From Candidatus Peregrinibacteria bacterium (GTDB taxonomy: Bacteria; Patescibacteriota; Gracilibacteria; Peribacterales; Peribacteraceae), in NCBI GenBank assembly GCA_043798355.1, contig JAZDOT010000047.1:858-64857 (forward strand): a stretch of 64,000 nucleotides of DNA, written 5' to 3'. Positions 45,767 through 54,892 of the stretch are shown in pieces. The position numbers and the translations under genes were made by a program. Under the pieces are notes generated by a model. The model was not told the DNA's origin. It did not search any database and saw nothing but the letters and a program-made list of their open reading frames with translations. The stretch's first letter is position 1, and the number at the start of each line of letters is the position of its first letter.

Positions 45767-47674
45767 TTACACTTTCACTCCTGTCAGCCATCGCGCCTTC
45801 ACTCTCCGTTCGGGGTTCGCGAGCGAGAGCAGCTTACACTTTTCGCGGTGGAGAATCACTTCCCCGGAGCGGCTGACGACGCCGATGATCTTCTCCCGCT
45901 TGCCCTCGGAGGGCTTGCAGCACTTCGCGTAGCGGATGGGCATCGGGAGCCCGCTCTCGATCTCCACGAGCGCATCTTTCCGCTGTCTGCGGTGCAGAGG
46001 GGAGGACGAGGCGGCATCGGAAAAATCCACCTTCTTGAGCGCTCTGAGATGGGACAGAACCACCGTGACTTTCTCCGCCTCCTGCCCGATCTTCATGAGG
46101 AGATCTTCCCGCTTCACGAGAGGCAGCACCGTCTGATCAAAGAACCGGAAAACGGAGAGATCCGTATCGAGGGGCGGAAGGTGATGCTTCGCGAGTTCCG
46201 CATTCGTAATTTCCTTGCCGCGTACGATGAATTCATCCCGGCGCTCGGCATAGAGGTGCCGCTTCAGCTTGGAACGGGAAGACGCCATGTGGAGGAGCTG
46301 CATCCACTGCGGGGAGGGACGGGGCGAGCTGAACTTCTGCACCTCGACGACATCGCCGTTCTCGAGCGTGTGATCGAGGGGAACGATAGAGCCATTCACT
46401 TTGGCGGACTTGAACGCGAGTCCGAGATCGGTATGGACCTGGAACGCGAAATCGAGCGGCGTGGCTCCTTCGGGCAGTTCGATGATTTCCCCCTTCGGCG
46501 TGAGGACGAAGATGTGATCCGCGAAAACCGGCTGACCTGAACCGGCGGCAACCTCCTCCTGCGAAGAGAGCATGGCATGGAGCTGCGCGTGCTCCATGGC
46601 TGCGCGCGTCGCACCGTGCTCCTTGTAGCTCCAGTGCGCGGCGATACCGTACTTGGCTTCGCGGTGCATCGTCTCAGAACGGATCTGCACCTCAATGAAC
46701 GTGTCCTGAGGTGCTGCGGGGAGCTGCGCGAGCGTGGTATGGAGACTCTGGTAGCCGTTCGGCTTCGGGAAGGCGATGTAGTCCTTGAAGCGGTTCGCGA
46801 CGGGGCGGCCGACCTGGTGCAGAACACCCAGCACCCGGTAGCACTCCTCGGCCGTCGGAACGATGAGGCGGATAGCGAAGAGATCCCTGACATCTTCCAC
46901 GTGCGTGATGCTCTTCGCGCACATCTTCCGGAAGATGCTGTAGGTCTCCTTCTCGCGGTACTCCATGGAAGCTTGCATCCCCTGCTCGCCGATCGTGCGC
47001 ACCAGTTCCCGCGCCGTCCGTTCGAGGAACCCTCCTTTTTTCTCCCGCACCTGTGCGAGTTGTTCCTGGATGCGCTCCGCATCGGAAGGGTAGCAGATGG
47101 GGAATGCCTTACGTTCGAGACAGTGCTTGAGCGCGTAGATACCGAGGCGCGCCGCCACGGGGGCAAAGAGGTTGAGGACGTCACTGGCGACCCTCCTCGC
47201 CTCCTCACCGGTCTTCTCTGAGAACTGATCCAGGAGCCGACAGCGGTCGCAGAGCGTGATGAGGATGACATGCAGATCGTCGGAGACGCTGAGAAGCATC
47301 AGACGCAGATCTTCGATGGAGTTCCGGCGGCTCTTCAGCGTCACATTGGAAAGGAGGTGGACCTCGCCCACGATGGAACGCACCTTCGGCCCGAACTGCT
47401 CCGCGATGTCGACGAGGGTCATCCCGTTTTTCGTGCGGAGCGCGTGGTGCAACAGAGCCGCGATGATGGCGTCTTCGTCCGGCTGGAACGGGAGAAGGAT
47501 CTCAAAAACCCCCAGCACATGTTCGAGGATGGATCCTCCGGCCCAGTGTTCCCCCTTGCCGACAAGCTCCTGCGCAATGCTGAATGCACGCATAACGCGG
47601 TCCGAATCGAAACCTTTCTTTTCAGCTTCGATGCGCTTGATGGCAGCCGTGAATTCGGCAGTAGTCATAGACAT
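45767..47674 (-). CDS. relA: bifunctional (p)ppGpp synthetase/hydrolase, RelA/SpoT homologue
   Basis: HD domain (HWAGGSILEHVLGV...ALLHH), synthetase domain (FKDYIAFPKPNGYQSLHT), then TGS and ACT-like C-terminal domains. A GTG at 47680 is an alternative start. Confidence 0.93.
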   Translation of the reverse strand: MSMTTAEFTAAIKRIEAEKKGFDSDRVMRAFSIAQELVGKGEHWAGGSILEHVLGVFEILLPFQPDEDAIIAALLHHALRTKNGMTLVDIAEQFGPKVRSIVGEVHLLSNVTLKSRRNSIEDLRLMLLSVSDDLHVILITLCDRCRLLDQFSEKTGEEARRVASDVLNLFAPVAARLGIYALKHCLERKAFPICYPSDAERIQEQLAQVREKKGGFLERTARELVRTIGEQGMQASMEYREKETYSIFRKMCAKSITHVEDVRDLFAIRLIVPTAEECYRVLGVLHQVGRPVANRFKDYIAFPKPNGYQSLHTTLAQLPAAPQDTFIEVQIRSETMHREAKYGIAAHWSYKEHGATRAAMEHAQLHAMLSSQEEVAAGSGQPVFADHIFVLTPKGEIIELPEGATPLDFAFQVHTDLGLAFKSAKVNGSIVPLDHTLENGDVVEVQKFSSPRPSPQWMQLLHMASSRSKLKRHLYAERRDEFIVRGKEITNAELAKHHLPPLDTDLSVFRFFDQTVLPLVKREDLLMKIGQEAEKVTVVLSHLRALKKVDFSDAASSSPLHRRQRKDALVEIESGLPMPIRYAKCCKPSEGKREKIIGVVSRSGEVILHREKCKLLSLANPERRVKARWLTGVKV

Positions 47675-47701
47675 GGACACCCGAGGGAAGGAACTGGAAT
47701 G

Positions 47702-48154
47702 CTACTCCGCTTTCCTCTCCAATTCCAGTGTCACCGGCCCATCGTTGATCAAGGAAACCTCCATCTCTGCGCCAAAAACCCCCGCTTCCACTTTTTTGAT
47801 CCCGCTCGACTTCAAGAGAGAAATGAATGTCTCATAGAGCTTCTCGGCATCCACCGGAGGAGCAGCCAGCGTGTAGTCCGGCCGGTTGCCGTTTGCAATG
47901 TCCGCTGCGAGCGTGAATTGGGAAATAACCAGGACCTCGCCGCCGATATCGAGAATGCTCCAATCGTTGACCTTGCCGCTGTCACTATCGAATAATCTGA
48001 GTTTCGATACTTTCTCCGCTAACCATTTCGCTTCAATTTCGGAATCCCCTTTCATGACTCCGAGAAAGAGAAGATACCCTTGAGCGATTGCCCCGACGGT
48101 TTTTCCGTCGACGTTCACCTGAGCCTGAAGAACACGCTGGAGGAGGAGACGCAT
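47702..48154 (-). CDS. dtd: D-aminoacyl-tRNA deacylase
   Basis: MRLLLQRV..A.V.VDGK.VG.I.QG.L.FLGV...D...A.WLA.K...LR.F... ISQFTL. Confidence 0.92.
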   Translation of the reverse strand: MRLLLQRVLQAQVNVDGKTVGAIAQGYLLFLGVMKGDSEIEAKWLAEKVSKLRLFDSDSGKVNDWSILDIGGEVLVISQFTLAADIANGNRPDYTLAAPPVDAEKLYETFISLLKSSGIKKVEAGVFGAEMEVSLINDGPVTLELERKAE

Positions 48155-48241
48155 TTGGAAACTATTGTAACGGAAACGACCGTCACGATCCCAAGAATGG
48201 AAAAAGATATTGACCTCTATCTTTATAATAAATGCTAAGAT

Positions 48242-48829
48242 ATGTTCAATATGAGATTTGTCTTGGCTCTGATAGCAGTCCTATTAATCGGGATAGATGC
48301 AATAGTGGTGATAAAATTAATTGAGTCGCACATTAAGAAATCCGATAATGTTCATGTTTGGTTTCAAATGTTCTCAATGCTAATCGCAGTATCGGCAATA
48401 TTTTTCCCAATGTACCAAAACCACAAACAGGACATGTGCAAGTATAGAACCGAACTAACAACAAAAATTGTTGAACTTACAACGGAACTATCCTATGCAA
48501 TTCGTATTGATATGGGGATTCCATATATTTGCTACATTCCTGATGACAGGGGAGATCTAAAAAACGTCCCCGAAAGGGAATATCAGATATATACAAAATT
48601 TCGCTTGAACGCCCAACTCGTTAAGCACTATATGAATTCAATGAATCATTCGAAAGAGACAGCAGATGCATTCAATTCTTTCATAAATAATATCAAGAAG
48701 CTTGAGAGTAAATGTGGAAAAAAAGATGCTAACTTCCACGAGACTTGGCGTGACGTCGATGAATCCGGAGATGCTTTTCTTACCAGAATTTCTAGATATT
48801 CTAGTGAATGCTTCGAGTCGTTTTTTTAA
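48242..48829 (+). CDS. orphan membrane protein in a strongly AT-rich island
   Basis: 195 aa with two N-terminal TM helices. Its Lys/Asn/Ile-rich composition is unlike the rest of the window. Confidence 0.6.
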   Translation: MFNMRFVLALIAVLLIGIDAIVVIKLIESHIKKSDNVHVWFQMFSMLIAVSAIFFPMYQNHKQDMCKYRTELTTKIVELTTELSYAIRIDMGIPYICYIPDDRGDLKNVPEREYQIYTKFRLNAQLVKHYMNSMNHSKETADAFNSFINNIKKLESKCGKKDANFHETWRDVDESGDAFLTRISRYSSECFESFF

Positions 48830-48936
48830 AAAAATCAGGAAGCAATATCTGTTGCTTTGTGAAATGAAACACCTACAATTTGACATTCACCTCTCTTATT
48901 TTCTTATCTCTCACACAAAAGAAGTGTTCAGAATTG

Positions 48937-48964
48937 TTGACGCAGCCGCTCTTGTCAGTAGAAT
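48937..48964 (+). promoter_or_regulatory. sigma70-type promoter TTGACG-16-TAGAAT
   Basis: ttgacg cagccgctcttgtcag tagaat, about 230 nt upstream of rplJ. Confidence 0.6.
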
Positions 48965-49112
48965 AGCCACTGTCCGAAGACCGAGGGCATTAGGCTGATG
49001 GCCGAAGGTAAGTCCCTCCGAGGCATACAGCAGCGGTTACATGGCTCCGGCTAAGTGATTCGTGCCGTGTGCCTCGCTGGTCTCCCGGACAAACTGAAGG
49101 GAGACCTTTTTT
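48965..49112 (+). promoter_or_regulatory. structured 5' leader of rplJ-rplL (L10-leader-like attenuator) ending in an intrinsic terminator
   Basis: It lies between the promoter and rplJ. The terminator GGTCTCCC-ggacaaactgaa-GGGAGACC-TTTTTT is at 49079..49112. Confidence 0.5.
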
Positions 49113-49160
49113 ATACCATATGTCCCCCTAACCCTTCGGCGCTTAGCGCCTCAGGGCAAG

Positions 49161-49191
49161 CCCTAATCCTAACCCTATCCCTAACCCTACC
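49161..49191. repeat. telomere-like hexamer repeat (CCCTAA/CCTAAT variants) abutting the rplJ start codon
   Basis: ccctaatcctaaccctatccctaaccctacc, followed directly by ATG. Confidence 0.9.
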
Positions 49192-49728
49192 ATGGCTGTC
49201 ACCCGCCAACAGAAGAAAGAGCAACTCGCCGTCCTCAAGGATAAGCTCAAGAAGTCACAGTCCGTCATGTTCGCGCACTTCATCGGCATGAACGTCCTCG
49301 ATACCAGTGAACTGCGACGCAAGCTGAAGGAGAAGGACGCCGAGATGAAGGTCGCGAAGAAGACCCTCATGCAGATCGCCGCCAAAGAGACGGGATTGCC
49401 GGAAGTGCCTGAATCCTCCCTCACGGGACCGATCTCCTGCATCTTCAGTTACACGGACCCCCTCTCCGGCGCGCAGGTCGCCTTCACATTCGGAAAAGCG
49501 CACGCGCAGGTGAAACTCCTCGGCGGGATTTTTGACGGCCGCGTCCTTTCGAAGGAAGAGGCGCTGGAGATGGCCATGATGCCGGGCCGCGAAGTGCTGC
49601 TCGCGACCTTCGCGTCCATGATCCGCGCCCCTCTCTATCAGTTTGCCGGCATGTGCGCCTCCCCGCTCACCGGTTTCGCCCGCGCCCTGTCCGAGCTTGC
49701 TAAGAAACAACCCGCCCTCCAAGCGTAG
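49192..49728 (+). CDS. rplJ: 50S ribosomal protein L10
   Basis: 178 aa: [35 protein letters not shown]...ELRRKLKE. Followed by rplL. Confidence 0.93.
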   Translation: MAVTRQQKKEQLAVLKDKLKKSQSVMFAHFIGMNVLDTSELRRKLKEKDAEMKVAKKTLMQIAAKETGLPEVPESSLTGPISCIFSYTDPLSGAQVAFTFGKAHAQVKLLGGIFDGRVLSKEEALEMAMMPGREVLLATFASMIRAPLYQFAGMCASPLTGFARALSELAKKQPALQA

Positions 49729-49729
49729 T

Positions 49730-49760
49730 AATTATCAATTATCAATTCTTCATTCTCTTC
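49730..49760. repeat. dispersed element starting with (AATTATC)x2.5, copy 2
   Basis: aattatcaattatcaattcttcattctcttc starts 1 nt after the rplJ stop. Confidence 0.85.
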
Positions 49761-49772
49761 CCCCCCTCCCTC

Positions 49773-50183
49773 ATGGCTGACGAAGCAGCAACCATCACCC
49801 TCTCCGCGAAAGAGAAAGCCGTCATCGATGCACTCGAGAAGCTCAACGTCATCGAGCTCAATACCGTCGTGAAGTACATGGAGAAGACGTACGGTATCTC
49901 CGCTGCCGCTCCGGTTGCGATCGCCGCCGCTCCCGCCGCAGGAGGGGGAGCAGCAGCCGAGGCCGATGAGAAGAGCGCCTATAACCTGGAGCTCACGGAC
50001 TCCGGCGCCCAGAAGATCGCCGTCATCAAGGTCGTCCGCGAGATCACCGGTCTCCCGCTGGGCGAGGCCAAGGCCGCCGTCGACGGCGCCCCGAAGGTGC
50101 TCAAGGAAGGCGTCCCCAAGGCCGAGGCGGAAGAGATGAAGAAGAAGCTGGAGGCCGCCGGTGCGAAGGTCACACTGAAATAA
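49773..50183 (+). CDS. rplL: 50S ribosomal protein L7/L12
   Basis: ...[56 protein letters not shown]. Confidence 0.96.
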   Translation: MADEAATITLSAKEKAVIDALEKLNVIELNTVVKYMEKTYGISAAAPVAIAAAPAAGGGAAAEADEKSAYNLELTDSGAQKIAVIKVVREITGLPLGEAKAAVDGAPKVLKEGVPKAEAEEMKKKLEAAGAKVTLK

Positions 50184-50201
50184 CATGTTCATAGGATCAT
50201 G

Positions 50202-50231
50202 TGTAGAGACGCACCGCCGGTGCGTCTCTAC
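50202..50231 (+). terminator. strong hairpin after rplL (T-run displaced about 16 nt)
   Basis: TGTAGAGACGCACC-gcc-GGTGCGTCTCTACA, with tttttttt at 50248..50255. Confidence 0.5.
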
Positions 50232-50316
50232 ATCGCCGTAACCGATCTTTTTTTTGAAACACCGGCGGCGCGCATTCCCCTACCACCGTCCCCTCCCACC
50301 CGCTACACTCTTTACT

Positions 50317-51849
50317 ATGTCTTTCTCCGTTCGCACTCTCAAGGAAAAGAAACGTTCGTTCACCCTGCCCATACTCGGGAAGATGATCCACGCTCTCCTG
50401 CAATCCGCCGGACCTCTGTCTCACTGGTACGCGGGGTGGAAGACGCGTAAGAAAGAGGATCAGAAAAATCACAAACGCGTCTACGTGCTGAAACGCATCC
50501 TTATCAGTCTGGTCTCGGTGCTCTGCGGGATCCTCATTCTTGCCGGAGTTGCGCGCGCGCTCGTCGCCTTACGCATCCTCTCGTTCCAGACATTTAGCGC
50601 CATCACGGCGTCTTCCCCCGGACAGGATGAGAACGGCTTCACGAACATCCTCCTCGTCGGACAAGGCGACAAGGATCACGACGGACAGGACCTGACGGAC
50701 ACGATCATCATCGCCAGTCTCGACCCGAAGAAGTCCCGGGGCGCCGTTCTCCTCTCCCTCCCGCGCGATCTGTACTTCCTCGAAACGGAGAAAATGGGCA
50801 AGGGTCGGCTCAATTCCCTCTACCGCGATTACAAAATCCTCCTGAAGCGCCAGGGCATGAGTGAGGCGGACGCCTCCCTCGCAGCCACACAGGAGCTGGG
50901 AGCGGAGATCGGCCGGACGTTCGATCTGCCCATCCACGGCGTCATCAAAGTGAATTTCACCGCGTTCATTCAGGCGGTGGATGCGCTCGGAGGAGTGGAC
51001 ATCGAGGTGCCGTACGATATCAATGACACGGCGTATCCGGACGAAGCGTACGGCTTCGAGCCCTTCGCGATCGCCAAGGGGCTCCACCACCTCGACGGTG
51101 CGACCGCACTCAAGTACGCCCGCAGCCGTCATACAACCAGCGACTTCGACCGCTCCTCTCGCCAACAACAGCTGATCAAAGCCCTCGCCGAGAAAGCACG
51201 GGCAGAGGGGATCGAGAAGAGCCCGGGAGCGCTCCTGAAATTCTTCCGGATCTTCCAGCAGAACACGACGACGACGTTCAGCTTAAACCAGCTCATCGGT
51301 CTCGCCGAGATCGCGAGAGGCGTCGATCAGTCGCAGGTCCTCAGCATGCAACTCAACGACAGGAACGCCCTCTACGACAGCTTCATCGAGCCGGGTGGCT
51401 TCCTCTACACCCCTCCGCGCGACCAGTTCGAGGGCGCTGCGGTGCTCCTCCCCGTTTCCATCCCGCCTTTCCCGGTCACCTGGAAACAGATCAAGGCCAT
51501 GAGCCGCCTCTTCTTCAAAACCCGCGAGATCCTCCTCTCTCATCCGACCATCGCAATCCTGAATGCTTCCGGGAGGACCGGACTCGCGCGCAAGCTCTCG
51601 ACGGAACTTCTACGCTACGGCTTCACGGTTGACATCGTCCAGAATGCTTCCGTAAAAAATCTCGCAGAATCCTTCATCACGACGAACGAAGAGAACAGCG
51701 CAAATGGCCTCTTCCTGAACTCTCTCCTGAAGATGAAAACTGCGCCGTTCCCGGGAGGACTGAATGCGGAGGAAACTCGGCAGGTGACGATCGTGCTCGG
51801 CAAGGATTACGCGTACGAGCCGTTCCAGTCCCTCCTCTTGCCTGATTAA
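50317..51849 (+). CDS. LytR-CpsA-Psr (LCP) family protein with LytR_C-like C-terminal domain
   Basis: TM anchor, then LLVGQGDKDHDGQDLTDTIIIASLDP...LSLPRDL...VNFTAFIQAVDALGGVDIEV...ALKYARSRH. Confidence 0.88.
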   Translation: MSFSVRTLKEKKRSFTLPILGKMIHALLQSAGPLSHWYAGWKTRKKEDQKNHKRVYVLKRILISLVSVLCGILILAGVARALVALRILSFQTFSAITASSPGQDENGFTNILLVGQGDKDHDGQDLTDTIIIASLDPKKSRGAVLLSLPRDLYFLETEKMGKGRLNSLYRDYKILLKRQGMSEADASLAATQELGAEIGRTFDLPIHGVIKVNFTAFIQAVDALGGVDIEVPYDINDTAYPDEAYGFEPFAIAKGLHHLDGATALKYARSRHTTSDFDRSSRQQQLIKALAEKARAEGIEKSPGALLKFFRIFQQNTTTTFSLNQLIGLAEIARGVDQSQVLSMQLNDRNALYDSFIEPGGFLYTPPRDQFEGAAVLLPVSIPPFPVTWKQIKAMSRLFFKTREILLSHPTIAILNASGRTGLARKLSTELLRYGFTVDIVQNASVKNLAESFITTNEENSANGLFLNSLLKMKTAPFPGGLNAEETRQVTIVLGKDYAYEPFQSLLLPD

Positions 51850-51882
51850 CCCGAACCTGAGATATGTTTTTGTATCCTCTTG

Positions 51883-51937
51883 CCCCCCTCATCCATCTTC
51901 TCTCCCCTCCCGGTGGGAGAAGGGCAGCGGATAGCGG
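51883..51937. repeat. GC-rich hairpin repeat family Q, copy 4
   Basis: cccccctcatccatcttctctcccctcc-cggt-gggagaagggcagcggatagcgg. Confidence 0.85.
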
Positions 51938-51997
51938 TTTCTTGAGGGACGTGAAAATTTCCGGTCGTTGTTCATTCTATTCTGCTCTCCTTTTTTC

Positions 51998-52903
51998 ATG
52001 ACTCCACGTGAAATCATCGCGACGTCCTGGGCCATCAGCAAGAGAGAACGACAGATGCGTCACTGGGGCTATACCTCCTCGCTCCTCGAAACGCTCCTCA
52101 ATACGAAGCTCCTCATCTACCAGACGTGGTTCCTCATCAGCTATATCCAGGGGGATCCCATCGGATTTTTCACCGTCGAAGCCACCCTTTTCGATTACGT
52201 CCCGCTCTGGTTCTTCCTCACGTTCGTGATCGTTCTCGTCGTCCTGATCGCCATCGAGTGGCTCTTCCCGCACATGGCTCGCGGGGCAATCATCGGGCTC
52301 GGGGCGAAATCCTCCCTCGGTGAAGAGGCGAAGGGCGGACTGGTGCTGGCCATCTACAATTTCTTCCCGATGTTCGCCATCCACGAGTTCTTCTTCCTCA
52401 GTCGCATCACCGTCGTCATCACCATCATCTCTCTGCTCCTTCGCTACGGCGGAGGGATGGCCGGTGCGGGGATCCTCATCGTCATCATCGCCTTCATCAT
52501 CTCCAACGTGTTCCGCTTCTTCTTCCTCTTCTCGGAAGAAGCCGTCGTCATCCGCAAGATCGGCATCCGCCAAGCGCTCAAAGTGAGTTTCAAACTGGTC
52601 ATCAGCTATCTCGGCCGTGTCGTCTTCCTCATGATCCTCTTCTTCCTCATCTCCATCCGCATCCTCCTCAATGCCGTCGCGATTTTCCTGATCCCCGGCG
52701 TCGTCATCGGTCTCGGCATGCTGCTCGCAATGGTCCTCCCGACGATCGCCGTCGTGATCATCGTCTCCCTCGTCGGCCTCGGAATCATCGGCTTCACGAG
52801 CTATATCCTGGGCTACCTCGAGGTCTTCCAGCAGACGGTATGGACCATCACCTACATCGAGCTCAGCCGCCTGAAAGAACTGGATATCATCGAAGCAAAA
52901 TGA
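51998..52903 (+). CDS. polytopic membrane protein, hypothetical
   Basis: Trimmed to MTPREIIATSW. It has at least six hydrophobic helices. Confidence 0.7.
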   Translation: MTPREIIATSWAISKRERQMRHWGYTSSLLETLLNTKLLIYQTWFLISYIQGDPIGFFTVEATLFDYVPLWFFLTFVIVLVVLIAIEWLFPHMARGAIIGLGAKSSLGEEAKGGLVLAIYNFFPMFAIHEFFFLSRITVVITIISLLLRYGGGMAGAGILIVIIAFIISNVFRFFFLFSEEAVVIRKIGIRQALKVSFKLVISYLGRVVFLMILFFLISIRILLNAVAIFLIPGVVIGLGMLLAMVLPTIAVVIIVSLVGLGIIGFTSYILGYLEVFQQTVWTITYIELSRLKELDIIEAK

Positions 52904-54096
52904 ACATGAATGATCGCTCTCCTCTCCTCCGGGCGAATATCCGATACCTCTTTGTTCTCAGTGCGCTCGGGAACATCGGCTTCTCGGTCCCGATCGTCAT
53001 CCTCTTCCAGGAATCCATCGGCCTCTCTCTGGAAGAAGCATTTCTCATCCAGGCCTTCTTCGCCATCTCCCTCGTCATTTTCGAGATCCCCTCCGGGTAC
53101 CTCTCCGACCGCTGGGGGAGGAAACGGACGACAGTCACCGGGTCCGCAGCCCTCTTCGTCGGCATGCTCTTCTACTGTTTCGGCGGCGGCTTCACGAGCT
53201 TCCTCCTCGCGGAGATCTTCCTCGCCCTCGGCATCAGTTTCCACTCGGGCACGCTGGAGGCCATCACCTACGAATCGCTCGCCGAGCTCAAGGAGGAGGA
53301 CCGGTACCGGAAAGTCAACGGGCACATGGGGTTCATCAGTCTCTCTAGCCGCGCCATCATGTCCCTCATCGTCGGATTCATCGCTGCGGTGAATCTCCGC
53401 ACCCCCTTCTGGGCGGATCTCTCGGTTCTCGCAATCGTCGTCATCGCCTCCCTGCTCCTCACCGAACCAGCCCGGAAGAAAATGCAGGAAGAGACGCACC
53501 TCACAGCCATCTGGAACATCTGCACCCATGCCCTCATCCGCTCCACCGTGCTCCGGAGCCTCATCCTGCTCTACACGGTGGTCGCCGCCATCAACCTCAT
53601 GCTCTTCTGGTTCCTGCAACCCTTCCAGGAGATGGTGAAGATGCCGCTCAGTGCATTCGGCTTGGTCAATGCATTGATCTACCTCGGAAGCGCGCTCGCT
53701 TCCAAGTACACCTATCTCGCCAAGCGCTGGATAGGCGACCGCGCCTTCCTCTTCCTTCTCGCAATCATTGCCGTGGGCAGCTGCTTCGTGCTCGGCTTCA
53801 TGACAACCATCATCGGCGTCACGTTCTTCTTCCTCGGAGAGACAACCTTCAATGCGTTCGAAACCCTCACGAGCGACCTCATGAACCGAGCTTTGACATC
53901 AGACATCCGCGCAACCGTCCTCTCACTGCGCTCGTTCACCTCCCGCCTCTTCTTCGCCTTGATCTCGCCCATGCTCGGCGCCGCCGCAGACCTCTACTCC
54001 GTCAATACCGCTCTCCTCATCACGGGCATCCTCGGCCTCGTGACCCTCGCCCTGACGGCTGTGATGCTCCGACCGGCGTGGAGGAAGATGACGTGA
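52900..54096 (+). CDS. MFS transporter
   Basis: The start overlaps the upstream stop (ATGA). It has about 12 TM helices and an MFS loop motif, GYLSDRWGRKRT. Confidence 0.85.
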   Translation: MNMNDRSPLLRANIRYLFVLSALGNIGFSVPIVILFQESIGLSLEEAFLIQAFFAISLVIFEIPSGYLSDRWGRKRTTVTGSAALFVGMLFYCFGGGFTSFLLAEIFLALGISFHSGTLEAITYESLAELKEEDRYRKVNGHMGFISLSSRAIMSLIVGFIAAVNLRTPFWADLSVLAIVVIASLLLTEPARKKMQEETHLTAIWNICTHALIRSTVLRSLILLYTVVAAINLMLFWFLQPFQEMVKMPLSAFGLVNALIYLGSALASKYTYLAKRWIGDRAFLFLLAIIAVGSCFVLGFMTTIIGVTFFFLGETTFNAFETLTSDLMNRALTSDIRATVLSLRSFTSRLFFALISPMLGAAADLYSVNTALLITGILGLVTLALTAVMLRPAWRKMT

Positions 54097-54150
54097 GTTG
54101 TGAGCTATGAGCTATGAGCTTTGAGCGGGCAACGGACAGCGGACAGCTGG
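54093..54150. repeat. heptamer tracts (RTGAGYT)x5 and (CGGACAG)x2
   Basis: gtgagttgtgagctatgagctatgagctttgagcg starts at the MFS stop codon. It is followed by acggacagcggacagc. Confidence 0.9.
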
Positions 54151-54158
54151 TTTAGGAC

Positions 54159-54203
54159 TTGACTCGAGTACGCTCGTCCACCTACACTGGTGTACGCTCG
54201 TTC
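54159..54203 (+). promoter_or_regulatory. lexA promoter (TTGACT-18-TACACT) with two direct copies of a candidate LexA box, GTACGCTCGTYC
   Basis: aGTACgctcGTCC at 54167..54179 lies in the -35/-10 spacer. tGTACgctcGTTC at 54191..54203 lies just downstream. The second copy is one mismatch from GAAC-N4-GTTC. Confidence 0.45.
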
Positions 54204-54214
54204 TCCACACCCCT

Positions 54215-54820
54215 ATGACTCTCACTCCCCACCAGCGCACCGTCCTCAATTACATCCGCGAGTTCCAGGTGAAGCGCGGCTACTCACCCGCTCTCTCCGA
54301 CCTCGCCATCGCCTTCGGCGTCCGCTCGAAGAATGCGGTCGCGAAAGTGGTCAACGCCCTCGAGCGCGAAAGACAACTGGCGAAGGACCCGAAAGGACGC
54401 ATCAAGATCATCGATCTCATCGAACAAGACGATAAACCGCAACCCATGATCCTGCCCCTCTTCGGTCCCATCTCCGCAGGATTCGCCGCGACGGCCGAGG
54501 AGCAGGCGGAGGAGATGGTCACGCTGGACCAGTACCTCGTGCGCGACCGCGCGTCCACGTTCCTACTGCGCGTGAAAGGCGACAGCATGATTAATGCCGG
54601 CATCCAGGAGGGTGATCTCGTCATCGTCGAGCGGGGAAAGGAACCGCGCGTAGGAGACATCGTCGTCGGCGTTCTGGACGGGGAATTCACATTGAAGCGC
54701 CTCAAGCGCGCCAAGGGAAAGTTCTATCTTCAGGCCGAGAACGACGCCTATCCGGACATGTTCGCCCTGGAAGAGCTGAACGTCGCGGGAATCGTGCGGG
54801 GGGTGATCCGGAAATATTAA
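54215..54820 (+). CDS. lexA: LexA repressor
   Basis: N-terminal wHTH (LTPHQRTVLNYI..F....GYSPALSDLA), a cleavage-site region, and S24 peptidase motifs KGDSMINAGI..GDLVIV and TLKRL. Confidence 0.93.
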   Translation: MTLTPHQRTVLNYIREFQVKRGYSPALSDLAIAFGVRSKNAVAKVVNALERERQLAKDPKGRIKIIDLIEQDDKPQPMILPLFGPISAGFAATAEEQAEEMVTLDQYLVRDRASTFLLRVKGDSMINAGIQEGDLVIVERGKEPRVGDIVVGVLDGEFTLKRLKRAKGKFYLQAENDAYPDMFALEELNVAGIVRGVIRKY

Positions 54821-54838
54821 GCAGCAGATGCCTGTGGT

Positions 54839-54870
54839 GAGCGCAGCCGAACCATTCCTGGCTGCGGCTC
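54839..54870. terminator. hairpin between convergent lexA and valS
   Basis: GAGCGCAGCC-gaaccattcct-GGCTGCgGCTC. There is no T-run. Confidence 0.4.
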
Positions 54871-54892
54871 TGATGTGAATCGGTTTCGCTCG

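Noticed and set aside
48965-49112. The rplJ-upstream RNA as SRP (4.5S) RNA or 6S RNA.
   Set aside because: I could not find the SRP helix-8 GGAA/AGCA motifs or a 6S-like central bubble. Its position and terminator fit an L10 leader better. This still needs cmsearch.
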